From positions 343,761 to 407,760 of the forward strand of contig CAVYAV010000001.1 in the NCBI GenBank assembly GCA_963766585.1: a DNA stretch of 64,000 nt, written 5' to 3'. This DNA comes from an uncultured Bacteroidota bacterium (lineage in GTDB: Bacteria > Bacteroidota > Bacteroidia > Chitinophagales > Chitinophagaceae). Positions 19,533 through 29,573 of this stretch are shown piece by piece. Position 1 is the first letter of the stretch, and every line of letters begins with the position of its first letter. The notes under the pieces were generated by a model. The model made no database searches, was not told the origin of the DNA, and worked only from the letters and a program-made list of their open reading frames with translations. The translations under genes were made by a program, and so were the position numbers.

Positions 19533-20813
19533 ATGTCACTGAAACCCATCGTACTCCTGATCTTTAGTTGCTGGACCACCATTACTTCCGGACAGAATCA
19601 TTCAGATTCCCTGAATTTAAAACTGGACAGCGCCGAACGTCTGTTCCTAACCGGCAATTTTACATTACTGGCCCAGAAATACAATATCCAGGCACAGAAG
19701 GCCCAGGAGATTCAGGCCAGACTGTATCCGAATCCGAATTTTTCCTTCGCCTATAGTTTGTATAATTCCACCACGAAGAAATTCTTTCCTACCGGACCGG
19801 GCACTTCCGGGGGTGATATCTCGATGCAGCTTTCCCAAATGATTTACCTGGCTGGTCAGCGAAATAAACAGGTTAAAATGGCGGAAACGAATACCCGCCT
19901 TTCCGAATTTCAGTTTTTCGACCTGATCCGAACACTGAAATATACCCTGCGAACTGATTTTTATAATATCTATTTTCTACTGCATTCTGCATCTGTTTAT
20001 AACGAGGAAATTAAATCATTGCAACAAGTAGTGCGGGCTTTCGAGGAACAGGAAGGCAAAGGATACATTTCAGAAAAAGAAGTAATCAGGATCAAGGCCC
20101 AACTTTATACCCTGCTGGGTGAATATAACAGCCTGATCGGTCAGGTTAACGATCTGCAAAGTGAGCTGCGCCTGATACTTCAGATAAAAAATACATTTAT
20201 CATTCCGGTACTGGATTCCACCCGTATAGATGCCATGAATCCTGCTACTTATCCTCTGACCACTTTAATAGATTCAGCACTTATAAACCGGTCTGACCTG
20301 CAGATTGCCAGAACAAATGTGGAAGCCAGTAAACTGAATTATGATTATCAGAAAGCACTGGCTGTTCCAAACCTGACCCTGGCTCTCTCCTATGAAAAAC
20401 AGGGATCATATATCGATAATCTCCCGATGCTGGGTGCTGCCATTGACCTCCCCTTTTTCAATCGGAACAAAGGGAATATTCAAACCGCAAAAATAACCAC
20501 GGATGCAAATACTGCCTTACAGTTAAGTACTGAGGCAACGGTGCAGGAAAATGTTTCCCACGCACTGGAAAAAGCGTTTGCGAACGATAAAATGTACAGG
20601 ACCATTGATCCGAAATTTCTAACGGACTTTGATCATATGCTGCATGAAGTGTTGGCCAACTATGAAAAAAGAAATCTTACCCTGCTGGATTTCCTGGATT
20701 TTTACGATTCCTATAAAGCCAATATTCTTTCTTCGAATAATATACAATTCAACCGGCTAAGTTCCTTTGAAGACATTAATTTTTATACCGGAACTGCCTT
20801 CTTTCAACCTTAA
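19533..20813 (+). CDS. TolC-family outer-membrane efflux protein
   Basis: 426 aa with a signal peptide and two-repeat OEP-like coiled composition. It is the first gene of a three-gene RND operon. Confidence 0.8.
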   Translation: MSLKPIVLLIFSCWTTITSGQNHSDSLNLKLDSAERLFLTGNFTLLAQKYNIQAQKAQEIQARLYPNPNFSFAYSLYNSTTKKFFPTGPGTSGGDISMQLSQMIYLAGQRNKQVKMAETNTRLSEFQFFDLIRTLKYTLRTDFYNIYFLLHSASVYNEEIKSLQQVVRAFEEQEGKGYISEKEVIRIKAQLYTLLGEYNSLIGQVNDLQSELRLILQIKNTFIIPVLDSTRIDAMNPATYPLTTLIDSALINRSDLQIARTNVEASKLNYDYQKALAVPNLTLALSYEKQGSYIDNLPMLGAAIDLPFFNRNKGNIQTAKITTDANTALQLSTEATVQENVSHALEKAFANDKMYRTIDPKFLTDFDHMLHEVLANYEKRNLTLLDFLDFYDSYKANILSSNNIQFNRLSSFEDINFYTGTAFFQP

Positions 20814-20828
20814 CCTTTATTTAAATAT

Positions 20829-21923
20829 ATGTCCGTAGCAAACAAAATACTTAGTATCGCCCTGTTTACTTTCCTGCTTGGATTGTATTCCTGCAAGGAT
20901 AAACCCGTGGCCGATGAAGAAAAAAAAGGATATGTATTACCTGATTCCTTATTGAAAACAATTGAAATCGATACGGTAAGCAATTCCAGAATCTTAAATA
21001 CCTTAACCCTGACAGGCAAGGTTGACTTCAATGAAGACAACGTGATCAGAATCTATCCGACAATTAGCGGCCAGGTTTCGGATATCAAAGTGATGACGGG
21101 CGACTATGTGAAACAGGGTCAGTTATTGGCAGTCCTGAAAAGTTCTGATATGGCTGGCTACAGTAATGATTACTCCCTGGCAAAATCAAATGTGGAGATT
21201 GCAAAAAAATCCATGGAATCAACTAATGACATGTTTAAAAGCGGTCTGGCTTCCCAGCGGGATCAACTGGCTGCACAGGAAGGTTATAACCAGGCAGTGT
21301 CTGCATTTGAAAAAGCGAAACGTGTTCTGAATTTGTATGGAGGCAGTATGTCCGGAGAATATGCGGTTAAATCACCGATTAATGGATTTGTTGTTGACCG
21401 GCAGATCAACAACAATATGATGATCCGTTCTGACAACGCTACCGCCCTGTTTACGATCTCTGATTTGAAAAATGTATGGATAATGGCGAATGTTTATGAA
21501 TCTAATATTTCCCTGGTTAAGATGGGCGACAGTGTAAACATCACTACACTTTCATATCCTGGTAAAATTTTTCGTGGAAGAATTGACCGGGTAATGAATG
21601 TACTTGATCCATCCAACAAGGTTATGAAACTGCGGATCGTTTTGTCTAATCCGGGTTATCTGTTGAAACCGGAAATGTTTGCGAGTGTGGTCGTTAACAC
21701 AACAGACAATAAAAAAACAGTCAGTATCCCTTCACGTGCCCTGATCTTCGACCATAGTCAGTACTATGTGCTGATATATAAATCCCCGTCTGATATTACA
21801 ATCCGTCCGGTGCAGGTTTTAAATACTGTGGGGGAACGTACGTTTATCTCCGAAGGGCTAATGGAAGGCGAACATCTGATCGGAACAGAAGCTCTATTAA
21901 TTTACCAGGAACTGAATAGCTAG
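20829..21923 (+). CDS. Efflux RND transporter periplasmic adaptor subunit (CzcB/HlyD family lipoprotein)
   Basis: Lipoprotein signal ...LLGLYSCKDK, followed by lipoyl/beta-barrel hybrid-like regions typical of MFPs. It sits between the OMF and RND genes. Confidence 0.85.
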   Translation: MSVANKILSIALFTFLLGLYSCKDKPVADEEKKGYVLPDSLLKTIEIDTVSNSRILNTLTLTGKVDFNEDNVIRIYPTISGQVSDIKVMTGDYVKQGQLLAVLKSSDMAGYSNDYSLAKSNVEIAKKSMESTNDMFKSGLASQRDQLAAQEGYNQAVSAFEKAKRVLNLYGGSMSGEYAVKSPINGFVVDRQINNNMMIRSDNATALFTISDLKNVWIMANVYESNISLVKMGDSVNITTLSYPGKIFRGRIDRVMNVLDPSNKVMKLRIVLSNPGYLLKPEMFASVVVNTTDNKKTVSIPSRALIFDHSQYYVLIYKSPSDITIRPVQVLNTVGERTFISEGLMEGEHLIGTEALLIYQELNS

Positions 21924-21939
21924 TATAAATCTGCATCGG

Positions 21940-24900
21940 ATGAACAAGACTCTGAAAACCTTACTGGCTTTTTCATTAAAAAATAAATATTTTATTTATT
22001 TCGCCACCCTTATCATGGTCATTTATGGTGTGATCACATTCATAAACATGCCCATTGAAGCTTTTCCGGATGTAACGAATACTGAAATCACGGTGATTAC
22101 CCAATGGCCCGGACGAAGCGCTGAGGAAGTTGAAAAATTTGTTACAATTCCCATAGAGATTGCCCTGAATCCCGTAAACCGGAAAACAAGTCTCCGGTCA
22201 ACCAGCATTTTCGGTCTTTCCGTGGTTAAGCTGATTTTTGAAGATGACGTACAGGATGCCTACGCGCGTACCCAGGTAAATACGCTAATCCAGGGCGTAC
22301 AGCTGCCGGATAATATCCTTCCAAAAGTCCAACCCCCCACGGGGCCAACCGGTGAAATATTCCGGTATACTCTGGTGAGTTCATTCCGCGACCCACGGGA
22401 ACTAAAAACCATTCAGGACTGGACCGTAGACCGTGAGCTGCGTGAAGTACAGGGAATTGCAGATGTTGTAAGTTTCGGCGGAACAGTGAAGTCCTATGAG
22501 ATCCAGGTTAATCCGCAAAAAATTGCCGGTCTTGGAATTACACCACTGGATATTTATAATGCTGTAAGCAAAAGCAATATTAATATCGGAGGTGATGTGA
22601 TCAAAAAAAATAACCAGGCTTATATTGTCCGGGGGATCGGTCTTTTGAATGACATTAATGAAATCAAAAATATTTTCATCACCAATATTAACGGACTCCC
22701 GGTTTTGGTGAAGGATGTTGCAGATGTGGAAGTGTCGGGTTTACCGAGGCTGGGTGAGGTGGGCCGATCTGATGCCTTGGACAGCAACCGGAATCGAAAA
22801 GTTTCTGACGATAACGATGCAGTGGAAGCCATTGTACTGATGCGAAAGGGAGAAAACCCCGACAAAGTGATTCAGGCGCTGAAATTAAAAATCCACAAGC
22901 TGAACGACCGTGTATTGCCACCCGACGTAAAAATTGTTCCGTTTTATAACCGCGAAGAACTGATCCATTATGCAACTCACACGGTAATGCATAATCTGAT
23001 TGAGGGGATCCTGCTTGTAACGCTAATTGTTTCTCTGTTCATGTTTAACTGGCGGACTACCCTGATCGTATCCCTTATCATTCCCCTTTCCCTGTTGTTT
23101 GCATTCATATGCCTGCATTTTATGGGCATGTCTGCCAACCTGCTTTCGTTGGGCGCAATAGATTTTGGTATCATCATCGATGGCGCCGTAGTAATGGTGG
23201 AAGGATTGTTTGTGATGCTGGACGAGCAGGCAAAGACCTACAATATGGAGAGGTTCAACAAACTTGCCAAGATGGGGATGATCAGGAAAAAGGGTTCTGA
23301 ACTGGCGAAGTCCATCTTTTTTTCTAAAATTATCATCATTACCGCATTGCTTCCCATATTTTCCTTTCAGAAAGTGGAAGGAAAAATGTTTTCGCCGCTT
23401 GCTTATACCCTGGGGTTTGCCCTGCTGGGTGCGCTTCTGTTTACCCTAACCCTGGTTCCGGTGCTTGTAAACGCCCTGTTAAGCAAAAACGTCAGGGAAA
23501 AACATAATCCGTTTACACACCTAATGACTGAATGGGTATTAACCGGCTTTCGTTTTGTTTTCCGGAATAAAAAATTAGCGTTAGGTATTTCCATAGTCTT
23601 CGTAGCTATCGGAATGTATGCGTTCAGATTCCTGGGCTCGGAATTTTTACCTGAGCTAAACGAAGGTTCACTCTGGGTGAGAGCCACCATGCCCTACAGC
23701 ATTGCTTTGGACAAATCAGTGCAGGTGGCAAACCAGATGCGTGGTATTATGATGCAGTTTCCGCAGGTAAGAAAAGTGGTTTCGCAGACGGGCCGGCCAG
23801 ATGACGGAACTGATGTTGCCGGGTTTTACAATAATGAATTTGATGTGGCCTTGTATCCGCAGGAAGAATGGAATCCAAAAATATCCAAGGATGAACTGAT
23901 AGAAAAAATGCGCAGGTCACTATCCGTTATTCCCGGTGCAGAGCTAAATTTCTCCCAGCCTATTATGGACAATGTGGAAGAAGCAGTCTCGGGTGTAAAA
24001 GGATCTATCTGCGTTAAGATATTCGGCGATTCGCTGAATTATATGGAAGAAAAATCGGATGAGGTTGAAAAAATTCTGAAAACGGTTAATGGAATAACAG
24101 ACCTTGGTGTAATCCGGAATATCGGCCAGCCTGAATTGGATATTGATCTGGACCAGAGCCGACTGGCACTCTATGGTGTTTCAACCGCCGATGCAAATGC
24201 CGTTATTGAGATGGCCATTGGTGGTAAGGCGGTAACCCAGTTGTATGAAGGTATTCGCCACTTCGACATACGTATTCGGTTCCCGGAAGATTTCAGAAAA
24301 TCGGATGAGGATATCGGGAATCTGCAGATCCCCACTTCTTCCGGATCAAAAGTTCCCGTCAAGCAGATTGCCACCATTACGCAAAAAACCGGTCCCTGTT
24401 TAATATTCCGGGACGACAACGAAAGATATTCTGCCATTAAATTTTCTATTGAAGGAAGAGACATGGGCTCAGTAATTGGAGAAGCACAGAAAAAAGTGGA
24501 AGATCAGGTGAAACTAAAAAAGGGATTTACGATGGTTTGGCAGGGCGATTTTGAAAATCAGCAAAGGGCCTCCAAGCGGCTTGCTGAAGTTGTGCCAATC
24601 AGTCTGCTACTCATCTTTCTCTTATTATTTATCATGTTTGGCAATTTGAAAGATGCCGGCCTTGTATTTTTAAATGTCCCCTTTGCCGTTGTCGGAGGGA
24701 TATTGGCCCTGTTAATTACCGGAACCAACTTCAGTATTTCTGCCGGCATCGGATTTATTGCCTTATTTGGTATATGTATTTTGGAAGGAGTATTGCTGAC
24801 GACAGCATTTAAACAAAATCTGGAGAAATTACGCGGTGAAAATCCGCTGTATTCGGCCGTAAAACGAGGGGTGAACTCCCTGATACGTCCGGTTTTAATG

Positions 24901-25119
24901 ACAGCGTTTATGGCTACCATCGGTCTCCTCCCAGCTGCCATGTCGGCTGGTATTGGTTCTGAAAGTTCCAAGCCGCTGGCCCGTGTTGTTATAGGCGGAC
25001 TGATATGTGCAACTATATTTTCGTTGCTTATATTTCCTGTGGTGTTCTTCCTTTCCTATCGCAAAGTAGATACGAAACACCAGGGGGAGTCTGATGAAGG
25101 TGTGAAAGCGGGCGTATAA
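21940..25119 (+). CDS. Heavy-metal-efflux type RND permease (CusA/CzcA family)
   Basis: 1059 aa with 12-TM RND architecture. The TM4 motif GAIDFGIIIDGAVVMVEG is characteristic of the HME-RND subfamily. Confidence 0.9.
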   Translation: MNKTLKTLLAFSLKNKYFIYFATLIMVIYGVITFINMPIEAFPDVTNTEITVITQWPGRSAEEVEKFVTIPIEIALNPVNRKTSLRSTSIFGLSVVKLIFEDDVQDAYARTQVNTLIQGVQLPDNILPKVQPPTGPTGEIFRYTLVSSFRDPRELKTIQDWTVDRELREVQGIADVVSFGGTVKSYEIQVNPQKIAGLGITPLDIYNAVSKSNINIGGDVIKKNNQAYIVRGIGLLNDINEIKNIFITNINGLPVLVKDVADVEVSGLPRLGEVGRSDALDSNRNRKVSDDNDAVEAIVLMRKGENPDKVIQALKLKIHKLNDRVLPPDVKIVPFYNREELIHYATHTVMHNLIEGILLVTLIVSLFMFNWRTTLIVSLIIPLSLLFAFICLHFMGMSANLLSLGAIDFGIIIDGAVVMVEGLFVMLDEQAKTYNMERFNKLAKMGMIRKKGSELAKSIFFSKIIIITALLPIFSFQKVEGKMFSPLAYTLGFALLGALLFTLTLVPVLVNALLSKNVREKHNPFTHLMTEWVLTGFRFVFRNKKLALGISIVFVAIGMYAFRFLGSEFLPELNEGSLWVRATMPYSIALDKSVQVANQMRGIMMQFPQVRKVVSQTGRPDDGTDVAGFYNNEFDVALYPQEEWNPKISKDELIEKMRRSLSVIPGAELNFSQPIMDNVEEAVSGVKGSICVKIFGDSLNYMEEKSDEVEKILKTVNGITDLGVIRNIGQPELDIDLDQSRLALYGVSTADANAVIEMAIGGKAVTQLYEGIRHFDIRIRFPEDFRKSDEDIGNLQIPTSSGSKVPVKQIATITQKTGPCLIFRDDNERYSAIKFSIEGRDMGSVIGEAQKKVEDQVKLKKGFTMVWQGDFENQQRASKRLAEVVPISLLLIFLLLFIMFGNLKDAGLVFLNVPFAVVGGILALLITGTNFSISAGIGFIALFGICILEGVLLTTAFKQNLEKLRGENPLYSAVKRGVNSLIRPVLMTAFMATIGLLPAAMSAGIGSESSKPLARVVIGGLICATIFSLLIFPVVFFLSYRKVDTKHQGESDEGVKAGV

Positions 25120-25166
25120 TTAACATCCTCATTTTCACGTTACAGAAAGTATTCTCGGAATATAAC

Positions 25167-25511
25167 TTAAACTGCAAATGAGGTTCCGCATCCACAAGTT
25201 TTGGATGCGTTTGGATTGTTGAAACTAAATCCCCTGGCATTTAATCCGTCTTCCCAGTGTATGTGCATGCCGGTGAGATATAGGCTGTGGGAAGGATTCA
25301 TGATAAATGAAAGTCCGTCAGCTTCAAAAAACTGGTCGGCATCCTTTTTAATATCAAATCCAAGTATGTAGGAGAGACCGGAACAACCACCGCCTTTCAC
25401 TCCGATTCGAAGAAAATTATTTTTGTCAAAGTCCGGTTCATTCATCAGGCGGCTGATTTCCTTCACTGCCTGCGGACTGAAATGCAGAGGAGATTCTACC
25501 ATGGTTTCCAT
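25167..25511 (-). CDS. Iron-sulfur cluster insertion/assembly protein (IscA/ErpA/HesB family)
   Basis: ...LRIGVKGGGCSGLSY... and C-terminal KTCGCGTSFAV. The start is at the ATG at 25511 (or 25502), not the upstream extension at 25547. Confidence 0.85.
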   Translation of the reverse strand: METMVESPLHFSPQAVKEISRLMNEPDFDKNNFLRIGVKGGGCSGLSYILGFDIKKDADQFFEADGLSFIMNPSHSLYLTGMHIHWEDGLNARGFSFNNPNASKTCGCGTSFAV

Positions 25512-25515
25512 ACTG

Positions 25516-25523
25516 CAAAAATA
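25516..25523 (-). promoter_or_regulatory. -7 promoter box (TATTTTTG on minus strand) directly upstream of the IscA/ErpA-family gene
   Basis: Exact TAnnTTTG match, only 4 nt from the ATG at 25511. Confidence 0.3.
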
Positions 25524-25585
25524 AGCACAATTAAGTAAAAATGTCAATGGGCCGCAATTCCGGTTCCCGCGATCAGTTTAAAATT

Positions 25586-26107
25586 TCAGGACAACACTTT
25601 TTTTGCTTCAAAACTGAGGGCATCAGAAACGATATGGTGCAGCGATGCCTTGGGATTCTGCATTACCATTTCCAGAAGGGCTTTGTTAAGATCCTGGCCA
25701 GATGCACTTTCAGGAAGAAAAGAAGCAACCTGGTTGATAATTAACATGTTTTGCTCTTTAAGGTTCCGAATAGCATCCCAGGCCTCGGGACTAACATAAA
25801 TCTGCTGGGTGATGTTGTGGTCAAATTCCTGACGAATTGTTTGGACGAGCAGGTTTTGCATTTCCCGCAGGCTTAATCCAGGCTGATTGCTGCGACTAAT
25901 CAGGTTGGGTAGTGAAATCCGGTCTGCCAGCAGGGTTAGCCGTTCATAAGCCGCTAACTTCAGCGGCGTGGTTGCCATAACATTTTCCGGCTTAGTCACG
26001 GCGAGACCCTGTTTGGCCTGCTTTCGCTGAATCCAGAAAATATAGGCAAGGGCTCCGGCCAAAACGACCGCAATGGCGATGGAAATATACATTTCAGTGT
26101 CAGACAT
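25586..26107 (-). CDS. Hypothetical membrane-anchored protein
   Basis: 173 aa with an N-terminal TM helix (ISIAIAVVLAGALAYIFWI) and then a helical soluble domain. I recognise no family. Confidence 0.5.
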   Translation of the reverse strand: MSDTEMYISIAIAVVLAGALAYIFWIQRKQAKQGLAVTKPENVMATTPLKLAAYERLTLLADRISLPNLISRSNQPGLSLREMQNLLVQTIRQEFDHNITQQIYVSPEAWDAIRNLKEQNMLIINQVASFLPESASGQDLNKALLEMVMQNPKASLHHIVSDALSFEAKKVLS

Positions 26108-26221
26108 CTCAGGAATTTATTAATTAACGAAAATACGTAATGCAATATTTCCATACACTTAAATAATTGTCTGTCCCGGTATCAAAAAATCGGGTACTTT
26201 GCCCAGACTTGAAAAGAATCT

Positions 26222-27778
26222 ATGGAAAAAAAAATTTTTACGGATTCGGGCATTACCATAGAGCCCCTATATACCGCAGACAACCTGTTAACCGGACTGG
26301 AAAATCCTGGAGAATTCCCGTTTACGCGGGGGATCCGTCCTGATCTGTACCGGTCGAAATTGTGGACCATGCGTCAGTATGCCGGATTCAGCACAGCGGC
26401 AGAAAGTAACAAAAGATACCACTACCTGCTGGCACAGGGCGTTTCGGGATTGAGCGTTGCTTTTGACCTGCCCACCCAGATTGGGTACGATAGCGACCAC
26501 ATACTGGCAGAAGGAGAAGTAGGCAAAGTGGGCGTGGCCATAGATTCCATCCGGGACATTGAAGACCTGTTCGCCGGCATTTCATTGGAAAAAATCACCA
26601 CTTCCATGACGATCAATGCCACTGGATTTATTCTGCTGGCATTTTATGTAGCCCTTGCCAAAAAACAGGGAGCCGATCTTAAAAAAATTTCCGGAACGGT
26701 TCAGAATGATATTTTAAAAGAGTATGCAGCCAGGGGTACCTATATATATCCGCCAAGGCCTTCCATGCGAATCATCACAGATATTTTTGAATGGTGTGGA
26801 AAGGAGTTGCCAAAATGGAATACCATTTCGATTTCAGGTTACCATATTCGGGAGGCAGGAAGCACAGCTATTCAGGAAATTGCGTTTACGCTTGCCAATG
26901 GCAAAGCATACGTGAAGGCGGCTATTGAAAAAGGTCTCGATATAAATGTTTTTGGAAAACGCCTGTCTTTTTTCTTCAATGCACACAATAATTTATTTGA
27001 AGAAGTGGCAAAGTTCAGGGCGGCCCGCCGGATGTGGGCCCATATCATGAAAGAACTTGGCGCCACCGATCCGCAGGCGATGATGCTTCGGTTTCATGCA
27101 CAAACCGGAGGCAGTACACTAACTGCGCAGCAACCTGTTAATAATATTGCCCGGGTAACGATTCAGGCTTTATCTGCCGTTCTTGGGGGAACGCAGTCCT
27201 TGCATACGAACGGTTATGATGAAGCATTAGGACTTCCGACCGAAAATGCAGCCGGGATCGCTTTAAGGACGCAACAGATTATTGCTTTTGAAAGCGGGGT
27301 AACGGAAACGGCAGATCCACTGGGTGGAAGCTTTTTTATAGAATCACTGACCAATGCCATGGAGGCGGAAGCCTGGCAAATCATCAGGAAAATCGATGAA
27401 ATGGGAGGAAGCGTACAGGCTATCGAAGAGGGATTTATCCAGCAGGAAATTGCAAAAAGTGCTTATGCCCATCAACGCAAAGTAGAAACCAGGGAAAAAA
27501 TAATTGTCGGTGTCAATGATTTTATTTCGCCGGGAAAAGACCTGACTAATATTTTTCGAATCGATGATACCATTCGCAAAATTCAAACGGACAGGCTGGT
27601 AACTCTCCGCCGGGAACGCGATCCTGCCAAATGTGATCAAATACTGCAGTTACTGAACGACCAGGCTTCATCCGGAGAAAATCTGATGCCGACTGTAATC
27701 GCCGCAGTAGAAGCCAATTGCACACTGGGGGAAATAGCAGATACACTTCGTGAAGTGTTTGGGGAATACAAAGGATAA
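26222..27778 (+). CDS. Methylmalonyl-CoA mutase-family catalytic (large, N-terminal) subunit without fused B12-binding domain
   Basis: 518 aa with [28 protein letters not shown] and [17 protein letters not shown]. The protein ends before any DxHxxG cobalamin-binding module. Confidence 0.85.
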   Translation: MEKKIFTDSGITIEPLYTADNLLTGLENPGEFPFTRGIRPDLYRSKLWTMRQYAGFSTAAESNKRYHYLLAQGVSGLSVAFDLPTQIGYDSDHILAEGEVGKVGVAIDSIRDIEDLFAGISLEKITTSMTINATGFILLAFYVALAKKQGADLKKISGTVQNDILKEYAARGTYIYPPRPSMRIITDIFEWCGKELPKWNTISISGYHIREAGSTAIQEIAFTLANGKAYVKAAIEKGLDINVFGKRLSFFFNAHNNLFEEVAKFRAARRMWAHIMKELGATDPQAMMLRFHAQTGGSTLTAQQPVNNIARVTIQALSAVLGGTQSLHTNGYDEALGLPTENAAGIALRTQQIIAFESGVTETADPLGGSFFIESLTNAMEAEAWQIIRKIDEMGGSVQAIEEGFIQQEIAKSAYAHQRKVETREKIIVGVNDFISPGKDLTNIFRIDDTIRKIQTDRLVTLRRERDPAKCDQILQLLNDQASSGENLMPTVIAAVEANCTLGEIADTLREVFGEYKG

Positions 27779-27797
27779 TTATGAATTATCAATGATG

Positions 27798-27830
27798 AAT
27801 TATTAATTATGAAAGGAACAATTAATAATT
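27798..27830. repeat. Perfect 11-bp AT-only inverted repeat (aattattaatt / aattaataatt, 11-nt loop) between convergent genes; possible bidirectional terminator
   Basis: 27798-27808 is the exact reverse complement of 27820-27830. It lies in the 53-nt gap between the mutase stop and the lipoprotein stop. Confidence 0.45.
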
Positions 27831-27831
27831 G

Positions 27832-28254
27832 CTAATTACCCAAAGGTTGCGCTTCCAGGAGCACAATCTTAATTAAAGTTGGTGTGGTGATACCCTGGTT
27901 GATGCTGCTTCCGTCTGCTGCCCTCAAATCTACTGTTACCGAACCGGTAGTATGCAGTGCCCCGTAAGCCACCCCGTTAAATACTTCCGGAAGGGCTTCA
28001 TAGGTGGGATCGGTAGCAGAAGGATCATCAAAAGATAAATAAACCAATACTCCTCCGTTCACATCGATTTGCTGGGTGAGTTCAGGAATATTGAAACTGG
28101 TATAATAGAATGTCTGGTTATTATCAGTGCCCTGGATCCACTGACTAGCAGAAACGGTATATAAGGCAGAATATACCTGGTTTACCTGGGGGTAATTTTT
28201 CGTGCACCCTGAAAAAGTCAATACTGAAAAAACGGCTAATAAGACAATTTTCAT
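27832..28254 (-). CDS. Hypothetical lipoprotein
   Basis: Lipobox MKIVLLAVFSVLTFSGC, 140 aa, no recognisable family. Confidence 0.55.
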   Translation of the reverse strand: MKIVLLAVFSVLTFSGCTKNYPQVNQVYSALYTVSASQWIQGTDNNQTFYYTSFNIPELTQQIDVNGGVLVYLSFDDPSATDPTYEALPEVFNGVAYGALHTTGSVTVDLRAADGSSINQGITTPTLIKIVLLEAQPLGN

Positions 28255-28356
28255 AATGTTTGTTTTGGTCTGATTAAAAGAAGGACTTCGGTTTATTAAA
28301 AAAGTTTAATTGCAGGAAAGAAATACACCCTACTTTCATGTTTTATTATATTTTTT

Positions 28357-29181
28357 ATGCAATCCTATTTAAAAGATCTGTTTAATGGCCAGGACTACGA
28401 CGAGAAAAGTTTTTTTCTAATTGCAGGTCCCTGTGTGGTAGAATCCGAAGAACTGCTGGATATAGTCGCTTCAAAGGTATCTTCTCTTTGCGCCAAATTA
28501 GGGATCCCTTATATATTTAAAGCGTCGTACCGCAAAGCCAACCGCACCAGTGCCGGATCATTTACAGGAATCGGAGATTCCCATGCCTTGGCTCTGGTTC
28601 AAAAAGCCGGCCAGAAATATAAATTACCCACCACATCCGATATCCATTCACACGATGAAGCCGCGCCTGCAGCAGCTTTTGTAGATATTCTGCAAATACC
28701 GGCTTTTCTCTGCCGCCAAACGGATCTTCTGGTAGCCGCTGCAGAAACGGGGAAAGTAATCAACGTTAAGAAGGGTCAGTTTTTAAGCGGTCCTGCCATG
28801 AAATTTGCAGTTGAAAAAATCAGGAAGGCAGGAAATGAAAAAATTATCCTTACTGAAAGAGGAACCACTTTCGGATACCAGGATCTTGTTGTTGATTATA
28901 GAAATATACCCTGGATGCAGGAACACCGGGTTCCGGTAGTGATGGATGTAACCCATGCCCTTCAGCAACCAAATCAGACGGCAGGCGTAACCGGGGGAAA
29001 CCCAACCTTGATCAGCACTGTTGCCATGGCTGCCATAGCTTCGGGTGCCGATGGATTATTCATTGAAACTCATCCAGATCCTGCGCACGCGCTAAGTGAC
29101 GGCGCGACGATGTTGAAACTTGACCTATTAGAAGGTCTGTTGGAAAAACTGGTAAAACTGAGGAAGGCCGTAATTACGTAA
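28357..29181 (+). CDS. kdsA: 3-deoxy-8-phosphooctulonate (KDO-8-P) synthase
   Basis: 274 aa with IFKASYRKANRTS, PAFLCRQTDLL, KKGQF and DVTHALQ motifs. Confidence 0.9.
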   Translation: MQSYLKDLFNGQDYDEKSFFLIAGPCVVESEELLDIVASKVSSLCAKLGIPYIFKASYRKANRTSAGSFTGIGDSHALALVQKAGQKYKLPTTSDIHSHDEAAPAAAFVDILQIPAFLCRQTDLLVAAAETGKVINVKKGQFLSGPAMKFAVEKIRKAGNEKIILTERGTTFGYQDLVVDYRNIPWMQEHRVPVVMDVTHALQQPNQTAGVTGGNPTLISTVAMAAIASGADGLFIETHPDPAHALSDGATMLKLDLLEGLLEKLVKLRKAVIT

Positions 29182-29231
29182 TTAGTTGAGCTTTTCTGAC
29201 TGGAAAGCTATTCTCAAACTCCTTTATTTGC

Positions 29232-29450
29232 TTAGGCTTCGAACGGATTTCTTTTTGCCGCTGTGATATAACGTTTAATATTCATCCAGAATGCCAGGAT
29301 GAAATAAACTATTAATGGTGAACCCATCGTAAGAAATGATATGTAAATAAACCAGGTTCGTATTCTGGAAGTGGCAATGCCCAGTCGGTCACCGATAGCG
29401 GTACAAACGCCGAACACCTGCCACTCAATGAATTGTTTCATCCTGTTCAT
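29232..29450 (-). CDS. PspC domain-containing small membrane protein
   Basis: 72 aa; VFGVCTAIGDRLGIATSRIRTWFIYISFLTMGSPLIVYFIL matches the PspC domain pattern. Confidence 0.75.
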   Translation of the reverse strand: MNRMKQFIEWQVFGVCTAIGDRLGIATSRIRTWFIYISFLTMGSPLIVYFILAFWMNIKRYITAAKRNPFEA

Positions 29451-29573
29451 GTCTGCGAAATTAAAAAAAATAGCCTAAATCAGCAAGCGTCACTTAGGCA
29501 TTCACGCAATTTTTTGGTAAATTCGCATTCTCAAAATGCCTCTTTTCCACCCCATAACTAAAAATTGACGAAC

